From NCBI GenBank assembly GCA_046757525.1, contig JBHHYI010000073.1:1-19661 (forward strand): 19,661 bases of DNA, written 5' to 3'. Made by a program: the position numbers and the translations under genes. Numbering within the stretch: position 1 is the first letter of the stretch; each line of letters starts with the position of its first letter. Of this stretch, positions 7,382-16,008 are shown piece after piece. The DNA comes from a bacterium. GTDB lineage: Bacteria; Zhuqueibacterota; Zhuqueibacteria; Oceanimicrobiales; Oceanimicrobiaceae. The notes beneath the pieces were generated by a model, which saw only the letters and a list, made by a program, of their open reading frames with translations, had not been told where the DNA came from and did no database searches.

Positions 7382-9094
7382 TCAGTAGATTTTCTCTAAA
7401 GTGATGCCGCGGTAATAATGTTTCAGAATGTCCTTATATTTTTTGCCTGACTTGGCCATGACCGCCGCACCCACTTGACACATGCCCACGCCATGCCCCC
7501 AGCCAGCGCCCTTGAGGACAAACTTCTCCGGCAGCCTGGTCGACTTGCCCACTTTTCTGACGTAGAAGCAAGCGCTGTACAAGGTATTCTTAGACAAGGC
7601 CTGCCTGATGGCAAGTTCTCTGCTGATCTTAAACCGTTTCTTGGTCCCCACAACTTCCAGCTCCATCAGCCGTCCGGACACCCCGCGTCGGATTGGCAGC
7701 AAGTCTTTTAAGGAACCAAAGTCCTCACCGGTTTTGTCTCGGATGATCTTTTCGAGAACTTTACGGCTATATTCAACCTGCCAGCGAAAATATTTCCTGC
7801 TGTAGTTCAAATAGCTGCTGTCGGTCAATTTAGAGGTGTTACAGTAGACCACCGGGCTGCTGTCCACCCATTTCTTCAGGCTGCGTTCTTGCGCCAGTGC
7901 CTTGCCGAGGCGTCGGACAGACCTGAAGTCGCCGTCGAGAATGCCACGCAAGTAGGGCGCAGGATCCATGAGCCACACGTTGTCGTTGTTTTCGGTGTGG
8001 CCGCCACACACGCCGGCGTAAAACGCTTCTGCGAGCTTGTTGCGGTAAACCATGACCACCCCGCGGGTGCTCTCCACCGCCAAATCCGTAACCTTCGCGT
8101 GCCTGGTATTGCCGCTAAACACCTGACAGTGCACGTCGTCGCACAAGTCGAAGGGATCGTTGGGGTGGCGAATTACGGCCTTGGAAAAAGATTCTACCCG
8201 GGCGGCTACCGCTTGCGCCTTCAAAGCTTCCAGTGGAAAACTCACCGGCATCTCCGAAGGTACTACGCCCTTCAAATAGTCTTCTACCGGCAACTCGTCG
8301 ACCACCGTGAGGCGCCCATGCCGATCGACTAAAAATTCGAGGGTGCCGCTGTAAGTGCGATGTTCGCTGCTTTCCCAGTGAAAGCCGCTGCCCACGTCCA
8401 CATCTGCAATTTGCATGGCCTCGGTTTGCACGCGCACCGGACCACGTTCGTCGAAACTGTAATGGCTGTCCAGGTTGGTAAAGCGCAAGAGACCTCTGGC
8501 CTCTTTTACGACTTCTTCAGCAATTTCCGTCTCGGTCTTGTCCGCAATGGAACTTTGAAACAGCCTGGCTTTTCTTTCACTGACAAACTCTTTGTTGATG
8601 ACCAGTTGATAAGCGGTATTCTTGACATAAGGCAATGAGGATTTGTGTGACGCCTGGAGTTTCTTGATTCTGGCAGACAAGCCTTCATCTGACAATTCTC
8701 GCATCCGTTCTTCTGCTGCAAATCGGTCTTTAGTGGTCATCACAACAAGGCGGTACACTATTTGGGCGGGTTGCACTTTTGTGGCGGCAACTCTCCAGTG
8801 GCCGCTTTCCGCACTACGCAGCAAAAAGTTGTCATTTTTTGCCCGAAACACAGCCTTGCCAGGAATGTTAAATTCGAGCACCTCCCTGTCCTCAACGATG
8901 CCCACGCGAATCAGCGGTGGCTTGGAGGGCAAATTGAGCCTATTTCTTCTTGCAGGCGGCGTTGAACAGGCAACCAAAAAAACGATCAAAAATATTGAAG
9001 TCATGACGTATCTCGTTTGCAACAGCAAGCCACTTCTCAGCATTGAAATCTGCGAAACACCGTTCGCTTCATTTCCCGAGCTCCTCAAAAGCAT
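7382..9094 (-). CDS. SpoIID/LytB-domain lytic transglycosylase-like protein, probable lipoprotein with SPOR-like segment
   Basis: VEDYLKGVVPSEM (catalytic Glu), EALKAQAVAAR, DLCDDVHCQV, CGGHTEN and GAGWGHGVGMCQVGA...ILKHYY. Hydrophobic stretch ending in lipobox-like LVAC. AGGGGAG ribosome-binding site before ATG 9094; alternative starts lie downstream. Confidence 0.9.
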   Translation of the reverse strand: MLLRSSGNEANGVSQISMLRSGLLLQTRYVMTSIFLIVFLVACSTPPARRNRLNLPSKPPLIRVGIVEDREVLEFNIPGKAVFRAKNDNFLLRSAESGHWRVAATKVQPAQIVYRLVVMTTKDRFAAEERMRELSDEGLSARIKKLQASHKSSLPYVKNTAYQLVINKEFVSERKARLFQSSIADKTETEIAEEVVKEARGLLRFTNLDSHYSFDERGPVRVQTEAMQIADVDVGSGFHWESSEHRTYSGTLEFLVDRHGRLTVVDELPVEDYLKGVVPSEMPVSFPLEALKAQAVAARVESFSKAVIRHPNDPFDLCDDVHCQVFSGNTRHAKVTDLAVESTRGVVMVYRNKLAEAFYAGVCGGHTENNDNVWLMDPAPYLRGILDGDFRSVRRLGKALAQERSLKKWVDSSPVVYCNTSKLTDSSYLNYSRKYFRWQVEYSRKVLEKIIRDKTGEDFGSLKDLLPIRRGVSGRLMELEVVGTKKRFKISRELAIRQALSKNTLYSACFYVRKVGKSTRLPEKFVLKGAGWGHGVGMCQVGAAVMAKSGKKYKDILKHYYRGITLEKIY

Positions 9095-9146
9095 TCTGCT
9101 CCCCTGGTGTTTAAAACAAAATAAATGTGGAATTCAATGAACATTT

Positions 9147-9695
9147 TTACACAAAAAACGGATTGTAGAGCCTCTCTACCGCCACCAAAGAAGGCGCGCC
9201 GTGTCCCGGATAAATAACCGTTTCCTCGGGCAAGGTCAAGATTTTTTGCGCGACGTGAGCGATCTCCTCTTCGAACTGCGGTCGACCGGCAGTGCCGCCC
9301 ACCGCGCCCGCAAAAATCGCGTCGCCCACAAACACCGCGGGTTTGAGGTAAAATGAGAGGCCGTCGGCGATGTGGCCAGGCGTTGTGAAAACCGCGATCT
9401 CTGAATCGCCAAAGGGAATTCGGTCCCCTTCGCTGACCTGGCGATCGTACGTGCTAGCGGCCGCGTAAATCGGCACCTTGAACGCCTTCCTGAAATCATC
9501 GACGCCGTCGACATGATCGTAATGGGAGTGGGTGATCAGGAGGTACTGCAAATTGAGAGCGTTTTCCTCGATGTAGTTCTTGACGGAAGCTGCAAAAGCG
9601 CCGCAGTCCACCAGGAAGGCGTCGTTCGACTTCTCCTCAATGCAAAGAAAAGAATTGACGTAATTGAGTTCTAATGGGAACTGAATGACTTTCAT
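9147..9695 (-). CDS. MBL-fold metallo-hydrolase (glyoxalase II/YcbL-like)
   Basis: THSHYDH (HxHxDH), TPGH, FVGDAIF and YPGHG motifs; C-terminal ERLYNPF. Confidence 0.9.
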   Translation of the reverse strand: MKVIQFPLELNYVNSFLCIEEKSNDAFLVDCGAFAASVKNYIEENALNLQYLLITHSHYDHVDGVDDFRKAFKVPIYAAASTYDRQVSEGDRIPFGDSEIAVFTTPGHIADGLSFYLKPAVFVGDAIFAGAVGGTAGRPQFEEEIAHVAQKILTLPEETVIYPGHGAPSLVAVERLYNPFFV

Positions 9696-9709
9696 CGATC
9701 AACCTTTAG

Positions 9710-10600
9710 TTAAAACTCGGCTCCGTTGGTGTTATTTTGAGAGAAATCTAAACCTTTGGGCTGCACCCCCGTCAGGCGCGCTCTCTCAAACACAGCCCCC
9801 TCGATGTTGGCTGATTTGAGATTAGCTGCGCTCAAATTGGCTTCCCGGAAGATCGCACGTTTGAGATTGGCGCCTTCGAAATTCGCGCCGGCAAAATTGG
9901 CGCTGCCGGGGCGAATGAAATAGAGATTGGCCTGCTTGAAATTGGCTTTGCGGGCGTCGCTTCCGACCAGGTTGGCGCGATTCAAATCCGCGTCCTGGAA
10001 ATCGGCTTCCCACAAAAGCGCCCCTCCGAAGACCGCGTGCGCGCCCCGCACCCCCCTGGCCTGAGCGCCTTTGAAGTTCGCAAAAGCAAAACTGGCCTCG
10101 TCGACTCTGGCTTGCGACAAGTCAGCACCGATTAAGATGGCGTGACGTGCCGTGACTCTGGTCAGGTTCGCTTGGGCAAGGCTGGCAAAACTCAAGTTGG
10201 CGTAGTTCAAAACGGCGGAGCTCAGATTGGCCCCCAACAAATTGGCTCCGTCCAACAAGGTGCCTTCCAGATTTGCCGAACTCAGGTCGGTCCTGGCAAG
10301 ATTGGCTTTTTCCAGATTGGCCCGGCGAAAATCACAGCGGGTGTACTCGCCGTTTGAAAGGTTAGCCTCTTTGAGGTAGGTTGCCACAAAACTGCAATCG
10401 CTGAATTTCGCCCCCGGGAGCTTCATGCCGGCAAAAGTCACTTTGGCAAAATTGGCCCGGGAAAACGCGTGCCCCTGTCGCACCATCTCCGCAATCTTCC
10501 GGCGGTAGCCTTCTTTGTCCTCGGTGTGCTGCCAGCAATATTCAGATTCGGCAATGGCGCCAAAACAACAATCTGATTGGCGGCAGGGCTTGCTCGACAT
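9710..10600 (-). CDS. Pentapeptide repeat protein with N-terminal Cys/His cluster
   Basis: Long run of A(D/N)(L/F)xx repeats (ANLEK ANLAR TDLSS ANLEG...); N-terminus CRQSDCC...YCWQH. Confidence 0.92.
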   Translation of the reverse strand: MSSKPCRQSDCCFGAIAESEYCWQHTEDKEGYRRKIAEMVRQGHAFSRANFAKVTFAGMKLPGAKFSDCSFVATYLKEANLSNGEYTRCDFRRANLEKANLARTDLSSANLEGTLLDGANLLGANLSSAVLNYANLSFASLAQANLTRVTARHAILIGADLSQARVDEASFAFANFKGAQARGVRGAHAVFGGALLWEADFQDADLNRANLVGSDARKANFKQANLYFIRPGSANFAGANFEGANLKRAIFREANLSAANLKSANIEGAVFERARLTGVQPKGLDFSQNNTNGAEF

Positions 10601-10603
10601 GGC

Positions 10604-10864
10604 TTATTGTTCCTCGATTTTTTCTTTTAACCAGTCATTAATGAGAGCTTCGGAAGATATTTGTTTTGCCCTGGCTATTTTAGTCAGTTCCTTTGCAAGT
10701 TTATCGTCGAGAACAAAAAGGTGCGGTTTCCGTTTTATGGCCACTTCAAAATGGACTTCCGGCATTTGCTCCAAATAATCCCCTAAATCGTGACTATCGA
10801 AAAACTCGACCAGTTTGTCAAGTGATTGAAATTCCGGTAGTTTTTTCTTGCTATTTTTTGTCAT
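10604..10864 (-). CDS. BrnA/CopG-like antitoxin
   Basis: LPEFQSLDKLVEFFDSHDLGDY N-terminus plus an RHH-like C-terminus (LTKIARAKQISSEALINDWLKEKI); overlaps the toxin gene by 14 nt. Confidence 0.8.
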   Translation of the reverse strand: MTKNSKKKLPEFQSLDKLVEFFDSHDLGDYLEQMPEVHFEVAIKRKPHLFVLDDKLAKELTKIARAKQISSEALINDWLKEKIEEQ

Positions 10865-11135
10865 ATTGTTTTTTCTCCCTTTTCGCCATATCCCTGGCGC
10901 TAAGTATTAATGCGTCTTTCGTTCTTTTGTAAATAAAAATGACAGCCAGGTAGCGTCCCGCATCACTTTGACCCAAAGCCAAATAAACATTTTCATCCTG
11001 TCGATCTCCCTTTTTGAGAAATCGAATCTTCGGCCTATTATTGAACAATTGCTCGACTTCGTCAGTTTCGACGTGATGTTTAAAATATAGTTTGTCAACA
11101 ACTTCTCGCAGCCACAATATACCTTCAATCTTCAT
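10851..11135 (-). CDS. BrnT-family toxin (DUF497-like ribonuclease)
   Basis: W....VDKL..KHHV..DEVEQLF, YLALGQSDAGRYL.VIF and ILSARDM..RE...Y motifs; toxin-first gene order. Confidence 0.85.
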   Translation of the reverse strand: MKIEGILWLREVVDKLYFKHHVETDEVEQLFNNRPKIRFLKKGDRQDENVYLALGQSDAGRYLAVIFIYKRTKDALILSARDMAKREKKQYDKK

Positions 11136-11185
11136 TTCAGATAGTATATTCTGCTAAGTCACAAACTCAAGATTAGTTCAGTCGT

Positions 11186-12100
11186 TTATAGATAACCAAA
11201 TTCCTTCAATACTTTCTCGTCCTTGCGCCACTTCTCCTTGACTTTCACCCAGAGTTCTAAGAACACTTTCCGGTCTAAGAGCGACTCGATGTCCTGGCGT
11301 GCAAGCTGTCCGACCTTTTTTAAGGACGCGCCGTGTCTGCCGATTAGGATGCCTTTCTGGCTGGCCTTCTCCACGTAAATGACAGCGCGGATGAAATCCT
11401 TCCGGTCCCCGCGTTCCTTGAATTCTTCGATCGTCACCGTAGCAGCATAAGGAATTTCGTCGCCAAACCTCTGAAAAATCTTTTCTCGGATAATCTCAGA
11501 AACGATGAAGCGTTGCGGGTGGTCGGTTAACTGATCCGGCGGATAAAGTGGCTGTCCCTCAGGAAGAAGAGCGACGATTTCATTCTCGAGGATATCCAGG
11601 CCATCGCTCTTCAAAGCGGAGATGGGGATGATCGTGCTGATTTTTTCGTAAGCGGCGTAATGTTCGATGAGTGGCAAAACCTGGTTTTTGGCAACAGCAT
11701 CCACTTTGTTGACGATTACAATCACTTTTCGATTCAGGTTGAGGATTTCGTCTAAGATTTCCAGGTCGGAGTCCAGAGGTCGCGAATGGGCTTCGACCAG
11801 GAACAAAACCAAATCTGCGTCGGTCAGGGACCGACGCGCAGCGTGCACCATGGCCTCTTGCAGTCTGTATTTTGGCTTCATTAGGCCGGGCGTGTCCAGA
11901 AAGATGACCTGGTAATGCTCACCGTTGAGAATGCCACGAATCTGGTGCCGCGTGGTTTGAGCTTTCTGAGTCACCGCCGCGACCTTGAAATCCAGCAGAT
12001 TGTTTAGCAACGTGGATTTGCCCACATTGGGCCGCCCCACGATAGCAGCGTAACCGGCTTTGAAAGCTGGCTCTATCATCCGAACACTTTCTGCAGCCAT
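11186..12100 (-). CDS. era: GTPase Era
   Basis: G1 GRPNVGKS, G2 QTTR, G3 DTPG and G4 NKVD; C-terminal KH domain (EIIREK, EIPY, SQKGILIG, VFLELWVKV). Confidence 0.97.
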   Translation of the reverse strand: MAAESVRMIEPAFKAGYAAIVGRPNVGKSTLLNNLLDFKVAAVTQKAQTTRHQIRGILNGEHYQVIFLDTPGLMKPKYRLQEAMVHAARRSLTDADLVLFLVEAHSRPLDSDLEILDEILNLNRKVIVIVNKVDAVAKNQVLPLIEHYAAYEKISTIIPISALKSDGLDILENEIVALLPEGQPLYPPDQLTDHPQRFIVSEIIREKIFQRFGDEIPYAATVTIEEFKERGDRKDFIRAVIYVEKASQKGILIGRHGASLKKVGQLARQDIESLLDRKVFLELWVKVKEKWRKDEKVLKEFGYL

Positions 12101-12106
12101 CTTGAA

Positions 12107-13456
12107 CTACAATTCTTTGTCGTAAAAATACTTCTGAGTCTCCGCCACGATGACTTTAGAAAGGAAAAGCAACCCGATCAAATTTGGCAGCGCCATGAGC
12201 CCGTTGAAAACATCGGCGACGCTCCAAACGAGTTCCAACTTAGCGACGGCGCCGATGCCCACGAAGATGCAGAACAAAAGCCGATAGGGCTTCACGGTCT
12301 TTTCGCCAAATAGGTATTCGATGGACTTCTCACCGTAATAACTCCAACCTAAGATCGTGGAGTACGCAAAAAAGATGAGGCCAAGAGCCACGATGATGCC
12401 GCCCCACTGTCCCGGCAGTCCGTGGCTGAAAGCCAGGGCGGTCAGAGGCGCACCGGTTTCGCCGCCGGTCCAAACGCCCGTGGAGATGATGACAAAGCCG
12501 GTGAACGAACAAACCACGATGGTGTCGATGAAGGTCTGGGTCATTGAGACCAGGGCCTGGGTTACCGGATTTTTCGTTTGGGCGGCCGCCGCCGCAATGG
12601 GAGAACTCCCCAGGCCGCTTTCGTTCGAAAACACGCCGCGGGCAACGCCCCAGCGAACGGACTGCCGCACCATGGCGCCGGCAAAACCGCCGCTGGCAGC
12701 GATGGGCGTAAACGCGTGTTTGAACACCAAGGCAATCGTTTCCGGCACCGCCCCGATGTTCACGATCACCACCACCAAAGCCCCTAACATGTAAAACACG
12801 ATCATGAACGGCACCAGAATCTCGGTGACCCGGGCGATGCTTTTGATGCCACCTAAGATCACAAGCGCGGTGGCACCCGCTAACACCAGACCCGTCGCCC
12901 AGAAGGGTACGCCGAAATTAGAGTTGACCGCGTCGGCTACCGAATTGGACTGCACCATGTTGCCGATGCCAAAAGCAGAGATCGCAGCAAAAACAGCAAA
13001 CAGCGAGCCCAGCCATTTCCAGCCCAGACCTTTGGTGATGTAATACATGGGGCCACCGCTCATGGTGCCGAATTGGTCCACCTCGCGATACTTCACCGCC
13101 AACACCGCTTCGGAGTATTTGGTAGCCATCCCGAACAGCCCGGTGATCCACATCCAGAACAGCGCCCCCGGTCCTCCCAGGGTGATGGCCGTAGCCACGC
13201 CAGCGATGTTGCCTGTGCCCACGGTGGCCGCCAAAGCGGTCATGAGCGCCTGAAAATGCGTAATGTCCCCCTCGGAACTCTCGGTTTCCTTTCTCTTGAT
13301 CAGCGCCAAATACAAGGAATGCGCCAGACCGCGAAATTGCAGCCCTTTGAGAATGAAGGTTAGATAAATGCCGGTACCGACCAGCAGGATGAGCATGGGC
13401 GGGCCCCAGACTAAGTTGCCCAGCCAACCAAAAAAGTCAACCAGTTTCTGTTCCAA
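12107..13456 (-). CDS. agcS: Sodium:alanine/glycine symporter (AGCS family)
   Basis: [51 protein letters not shown] and [11 protein letters not shown] motifs; TTG start after AGGAGGGAG. Confidence 0.93.
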   Translation of the reverse strand: MEQKLVDFFGWLGNLVWGPPMLILLVGTGIYLTFILKGLQFRGLAHSLYLALIKRKETESSEGDITHFQALMTALAATVGTGNIAGVATAITLGGPGALFWMWITGLFGMATKYSEAVLAVKYREVDQFGTMSGGPMYYITKGLGWKWLGSLFAVFAAISAFGIGNMVQSNSVADAVNSNFGVPFWATGLVLAGATALVILGGIKSIARVTEILVPFMIVFYMLGALVVVIVNIGAVPETIALVFKHAFTPIAASGGFAGAMVRQSVRWGVARGVFSNESGLGSSPIAAAAAQTKNPVTQALVSMTQTFIDTIVVCSFTGFVIISTGVWTGGETGAPLTALAFSHGLPGQWGGIIVALGLIFFAYSTILGWSYYGEKSIEYLFGEKTVKPYRLLFCIFVGIGAVAKLELVWSVADVFNGLMALPNLIGLLFLSKVIVAETQKYFYDKEL

Positions 13457-13703
13457 TCTCCCTCCTGATCAATCTCACTGCTTCGACAATCGCTTCGCGG
13501 GAGACTTTACCACGGTACCCTTTCACAATTTCATCGATACTTTCACCGGCTGCAAAGCGTTCGAGTGTACCCGTTATTTCAATCCGCGTATATTTGAAAG
13601 TTGGACGTCCTCCGCACACACCGACTGCCCGCACAATATGGTCACCAAGTCGATAATATTGGTAAGGCTCTCCTCCAACGGTTTCAGTAATAAGTTCATT
13701 CAT
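13437..13703 (-). CDS. DUF433-domain protein (antitoxin-like)
   Basis: [19 protein letters not shown]...[11 protein letters not shown]...[10 protein letters not shown] matches the DUF433 pattern; AAGGA ribosome-binding site; overlaps the symporter start by 20 nt. Confidence 0.8.
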   Translation of the reverse strand: MNELITETVGGEPYQYYRLGDHIVRAVGVCGGRPTFKYTRIEITGTLERFAAGESIDEIVKGYRGKVSREAIVEAVRLIRREIGTETG

Positions 13704-13765
13704 CTAAATTTTCCTTAGAATTGTTGGTCAACTCATCTCACCAGAACGCGTCACCCAAGCCCCGC

Positions 13766-15196
13766 TCAATAGGCTTTCGCCGCCAGCACGCGCTCTTTTG
13801 ACTCAGCGCCACACAGCAAGCATTTTCCCTTCTCGAGCTTCTTGTCAAAAGGAATGCAACGGATGGTTGCTTTGGTCTCAGCCTGCAGTCGCTCCTCACA
13901 TTGGGCCCTGCCGCACCAGTGGATGTAAAAGAAGCCGCCAGGTTCCTCGATTTCCTTCTTGAATTGGTCCAGGTCATCGCAAAAAAAGGTGTACTTCTCT
14001 CGAAAAGCCAGGGCTTTTTGGAACAAATCGCGTTGGATTTCCGGCAACAAAGTCTCGATGTGGCCTTTGAGTTCCTGGAGAGCAACCACGCTTTTTTCGC
14101 CGCGGTCGCGACGCACGACCACCGCCTGTTCCTGCTCCAAATCCTTGGGTCCGATCTCGACCCGAACCGGCACGCCCTGCTTTTCCCACTCGTTGAATTT
14201 CCAGCCCGGTCGGTAGTTGTCGCGGTCGTCCACTTTGAAGATAAAAGCGTTCTGCCAGGTCTGGGTAACTGATTTGATTTTGGACAACACGGTGGTTCTT
14301 TCGTCGTCGCTGCGCCAGATGGGAATGACCACCGCTTGGACAGGCGCCAACTTCGGCGGCAGCACCAAACCGTGGTCGTCGCTGTGGGCCATGATCAGTG
14401 CGCCGATGAGCCGGGTGGAGACCCCCCAACTGGTGGCCCAAACGTAGTTCAGCTCCCCTTTTTCGTCCTGGAATTTGACGTCAAACGCTTTGGCGAAGTT
14501 TTGGCCCAGATTGTGGGAGGTGCCGGATTGCAAGGCGCGGCGATCCTGCATCATGCCTTCGATGCAATAGGTATGCTGGGCACCCGCGAATTTCTCTTTT
14601 TCCGTTTTGACGCCGGTGATGACCGGCAGAGCAACGTATTCTTCGGCAAATTTTTGGTACACGTGCAGCATTTGCAAGGTCTCGGCTTCGGCTTCTTCCC
14701 CCGTGGCGTGGGCCGTGTGTCCTTCTTGCCAGAGAAACTCCAGCGTCCGCAAGAAGAGCCGCGTGCGCATCTCCCAGCGTACCACATTGGCCCACTGGTT
14801 GATCAAAATCGGCAGGTCGCGATAGGACTGGATCCAATCCCGGTACTTGGACCAGATGATGGTCTCGGAAGTAGGTCTGATAAACAGCGGCTCCTCTAAT
14901 TTCTTGCCGCCGCCGCGTGTCACCACGGCGCATTCCGGAGCAAATCCTTCGATGTGGTCGGCTTCTTTTTGAATGAAGCTTTCCGGAATGAGCATGGGGA
15001 AGTAGGCGTTCACATGACCGGTTTCCTTGAACATGCCGTCCAACGCCGCCTGCATCTTTTCCCAGATGGCGTAGCCATTGGGCCGGATCACCATGCACCC
15101 CTTTACTGGCGCATAATCCGCTAACTTTGCCGCGGCTATGACATCTAAATACCAGCGCGCGTAGTCGTCTTCTCGCTTCGTAATTCCTTTTGCCAT
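13766..15196 (-). CDS. proS: Proline--tRNA ligase, archaeal/eukaryotic type
   Basis: [56 protein letters not shown] and [12 protein letters not shown] motifs; C-terminal Cys cluster ending in AKAY; no INS editing domain. Confidence 0.97.
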   Translation of the reverse strand: MAKGITKREDDYARWYLDVIAAAKLADYAPVKGCMVIRPNGYAIWEKMQAALDGMFKETGHVNAYFPMLIPESFIQKEADHIEGFAPECAVVTRGGGKKLEEPLFIRPTSETIIWSKYRDWIQSYRDLPILINQWANVVRWEMRTRLFLRTLEFLWQEGHTAHATGEEAEAETLQMLHVYQKFAEEYVALPVITGVKTEKEKFAGAQHTYCIEGMMQDRRALQSGTSHNLGQNFAKAFDVKFQDEKGELNYVWATSWGVSTRLIGALIMAHSDDHGLVLPPKLAPVQAVVIPIWRSDDERTTVLSKIKSVTQTWQNAFIFKVDDRDNYRPGWKFNEWEKQGVPVRVEIGPKDLEQEQAVVVRRDRGEKSVVALQELKGHIETLLPEIQRDLFQKALAFREKYTFFCDDLDQFKKEIEEPGGFFYIHWCGRAQCEERLQAETKATIRCIPFDKKLEKGKCLLCGAESKERVLAAKAY

Positions 15197-15284
15197 AATG
15201 GACTTGAGCTGTTTCTAGCAGGCAAATAAGAAAAAACCCCTGAACACATAAGGGGCATGATTCCTTAATAAATTTGAATTTCTT

Positions 15285-15313
15285 ATTATAGGTATATAGA
15301 ATTTATTTGTCAA
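15285..15313 (-). promoter_or_regulatory. Consensus sigma70 promoter for the proS operon
   Basis: Perfect TTGACA-17 nt-TATAAT on the minus strand. Confidence 0.8.
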
Positions 15314-15326
15314 GAAGATTTTTTTC

Positions 15327-15354
15327 TTGACTTTTGAGGTTTATTTGTTAAATT
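15327..15354 (+). promoter_or_regulatory. sigma70 promoter for the cadC-cadA-like operon
   Basis: TTGACT-16 nt-TAAATT with a TGn extension, back-to-back with the proS promoter. Confidence 0.6.
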
Positions 15355-15378
15355 ACGATTGAACGATTGCTCAATCGT
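15355..15378. promoter_or_regulatory. ArsR/SmtB-family operator (inverted repeat)
   Basis: ACGATTGA-ACGATTGC-TCAATCGT has perfect 8-bp arms. The core TGAAC...CTCA resembles SmtB/ZiaR/CadC operators, and the site sits between the -10 box and the repressor's ribosome-binding site. Confidence 0.8.
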
Positions 15379-15399
15379 TTTCTCTAACCGGAGAGAAAA

Positions 15400-15753
15400 A
15401 TGAACGATCTTGAAACCTGTGACGTTTTTTTTGTCGATGAACAGAAGGTTAAAGCTGTCGAAAAAAAACTGGCGGCGAACGATCATCTTTATGATTTAGC
15501 CGAGACCTTTAAGGTCCTGAGCGACCCGACGCGGCTGAAAATCATTTTGGCCCTGAGAGAAGCAGAGCTGTGTGGCTGTGATATCGCCACCCTGTTGGGA
15601 GTCAGTCGTTCGGCTATTTCACACCAGCTTCGTCTGCTGAAAAACCTGCGACTGGTCAAGTTTCGGCGCGAGGGTAAGATTTCCTATTATACGCTGGATG
15701 ACATACACATCAGCGAAATCATCGACGCAGCTCTGGAGCACATGCGTGAATGA
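15400..15753 (+). CDS. cadC: CadC/SmtB-type ArsR metalloregulatory repressor
   Basis: FKVLSDPTRLKI, ELCGCD and SAISHQLRLL motifs. Cys7/Cys58/Cys60 (alpha3N site) and Asp101/His103/His114/Glu117 (alpha5 site) are at CadC-equivalent positions; the Cys11 equivalent is Phe. Confidence 0.88.
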   Translation: MNDLETCDVFFVDEQKVKAVEKKLAANDHLYDLAETFKVLSDPTRLKIILALREAELCGCDIATLLGVSRSAISHQLRLLKNLRLVKFRREGKISYYTLDDIHISEIIDAALEHMRE

Positions 15754-16008
15754 GATTTCAACTCAGACTTCAGAGACGGCAACCAAAACTCGTCGTTTTT
15801 TCCCATTTTGACCGGCAAGGCGGTGGAACCACACACGTCACCCCTGGACTCCCCTCAAAGCGATGAGAGTTTGTTCGTTGCTCTGCGGGATTGCGAAACC
15901 TACAAACATTTTTGAAATGAAGCACTTTGCTATTCCCGGCACCCGGCGGCTAAAATTTACAAACAATCCAGAAGAACTAAGCAATCAACACCAGACGAGG
16001 AAAGAATA

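Noticed and set aside
13740..13765. GGTGACGCGTT after the proS stop, resembling an attC right arm before DUF433
   Set aside because: The L'-to-GTT spacing is wrong, and there is no matching left arm or downstream attC.
13766..15196. Archaeal/eukaryotic-type ProRS as evidence of unusual transfer
   Set aside because: This type is widespread in several bacterial phyla and is not remarkable by itself.
15197..15284. Possible T-box leader for proS
   Set aside because: The leader from the consensus promoter is only ~80 nt, with no T-box motif or terminator.
15839..15860. CACCCCTGGACTCCCCTCAAAG, resembling half of a REP-like repeat in the cadC-cadA gap
   Set aside because: The complementary arm is missing and there is no second copy in the window; too degenerate to call.
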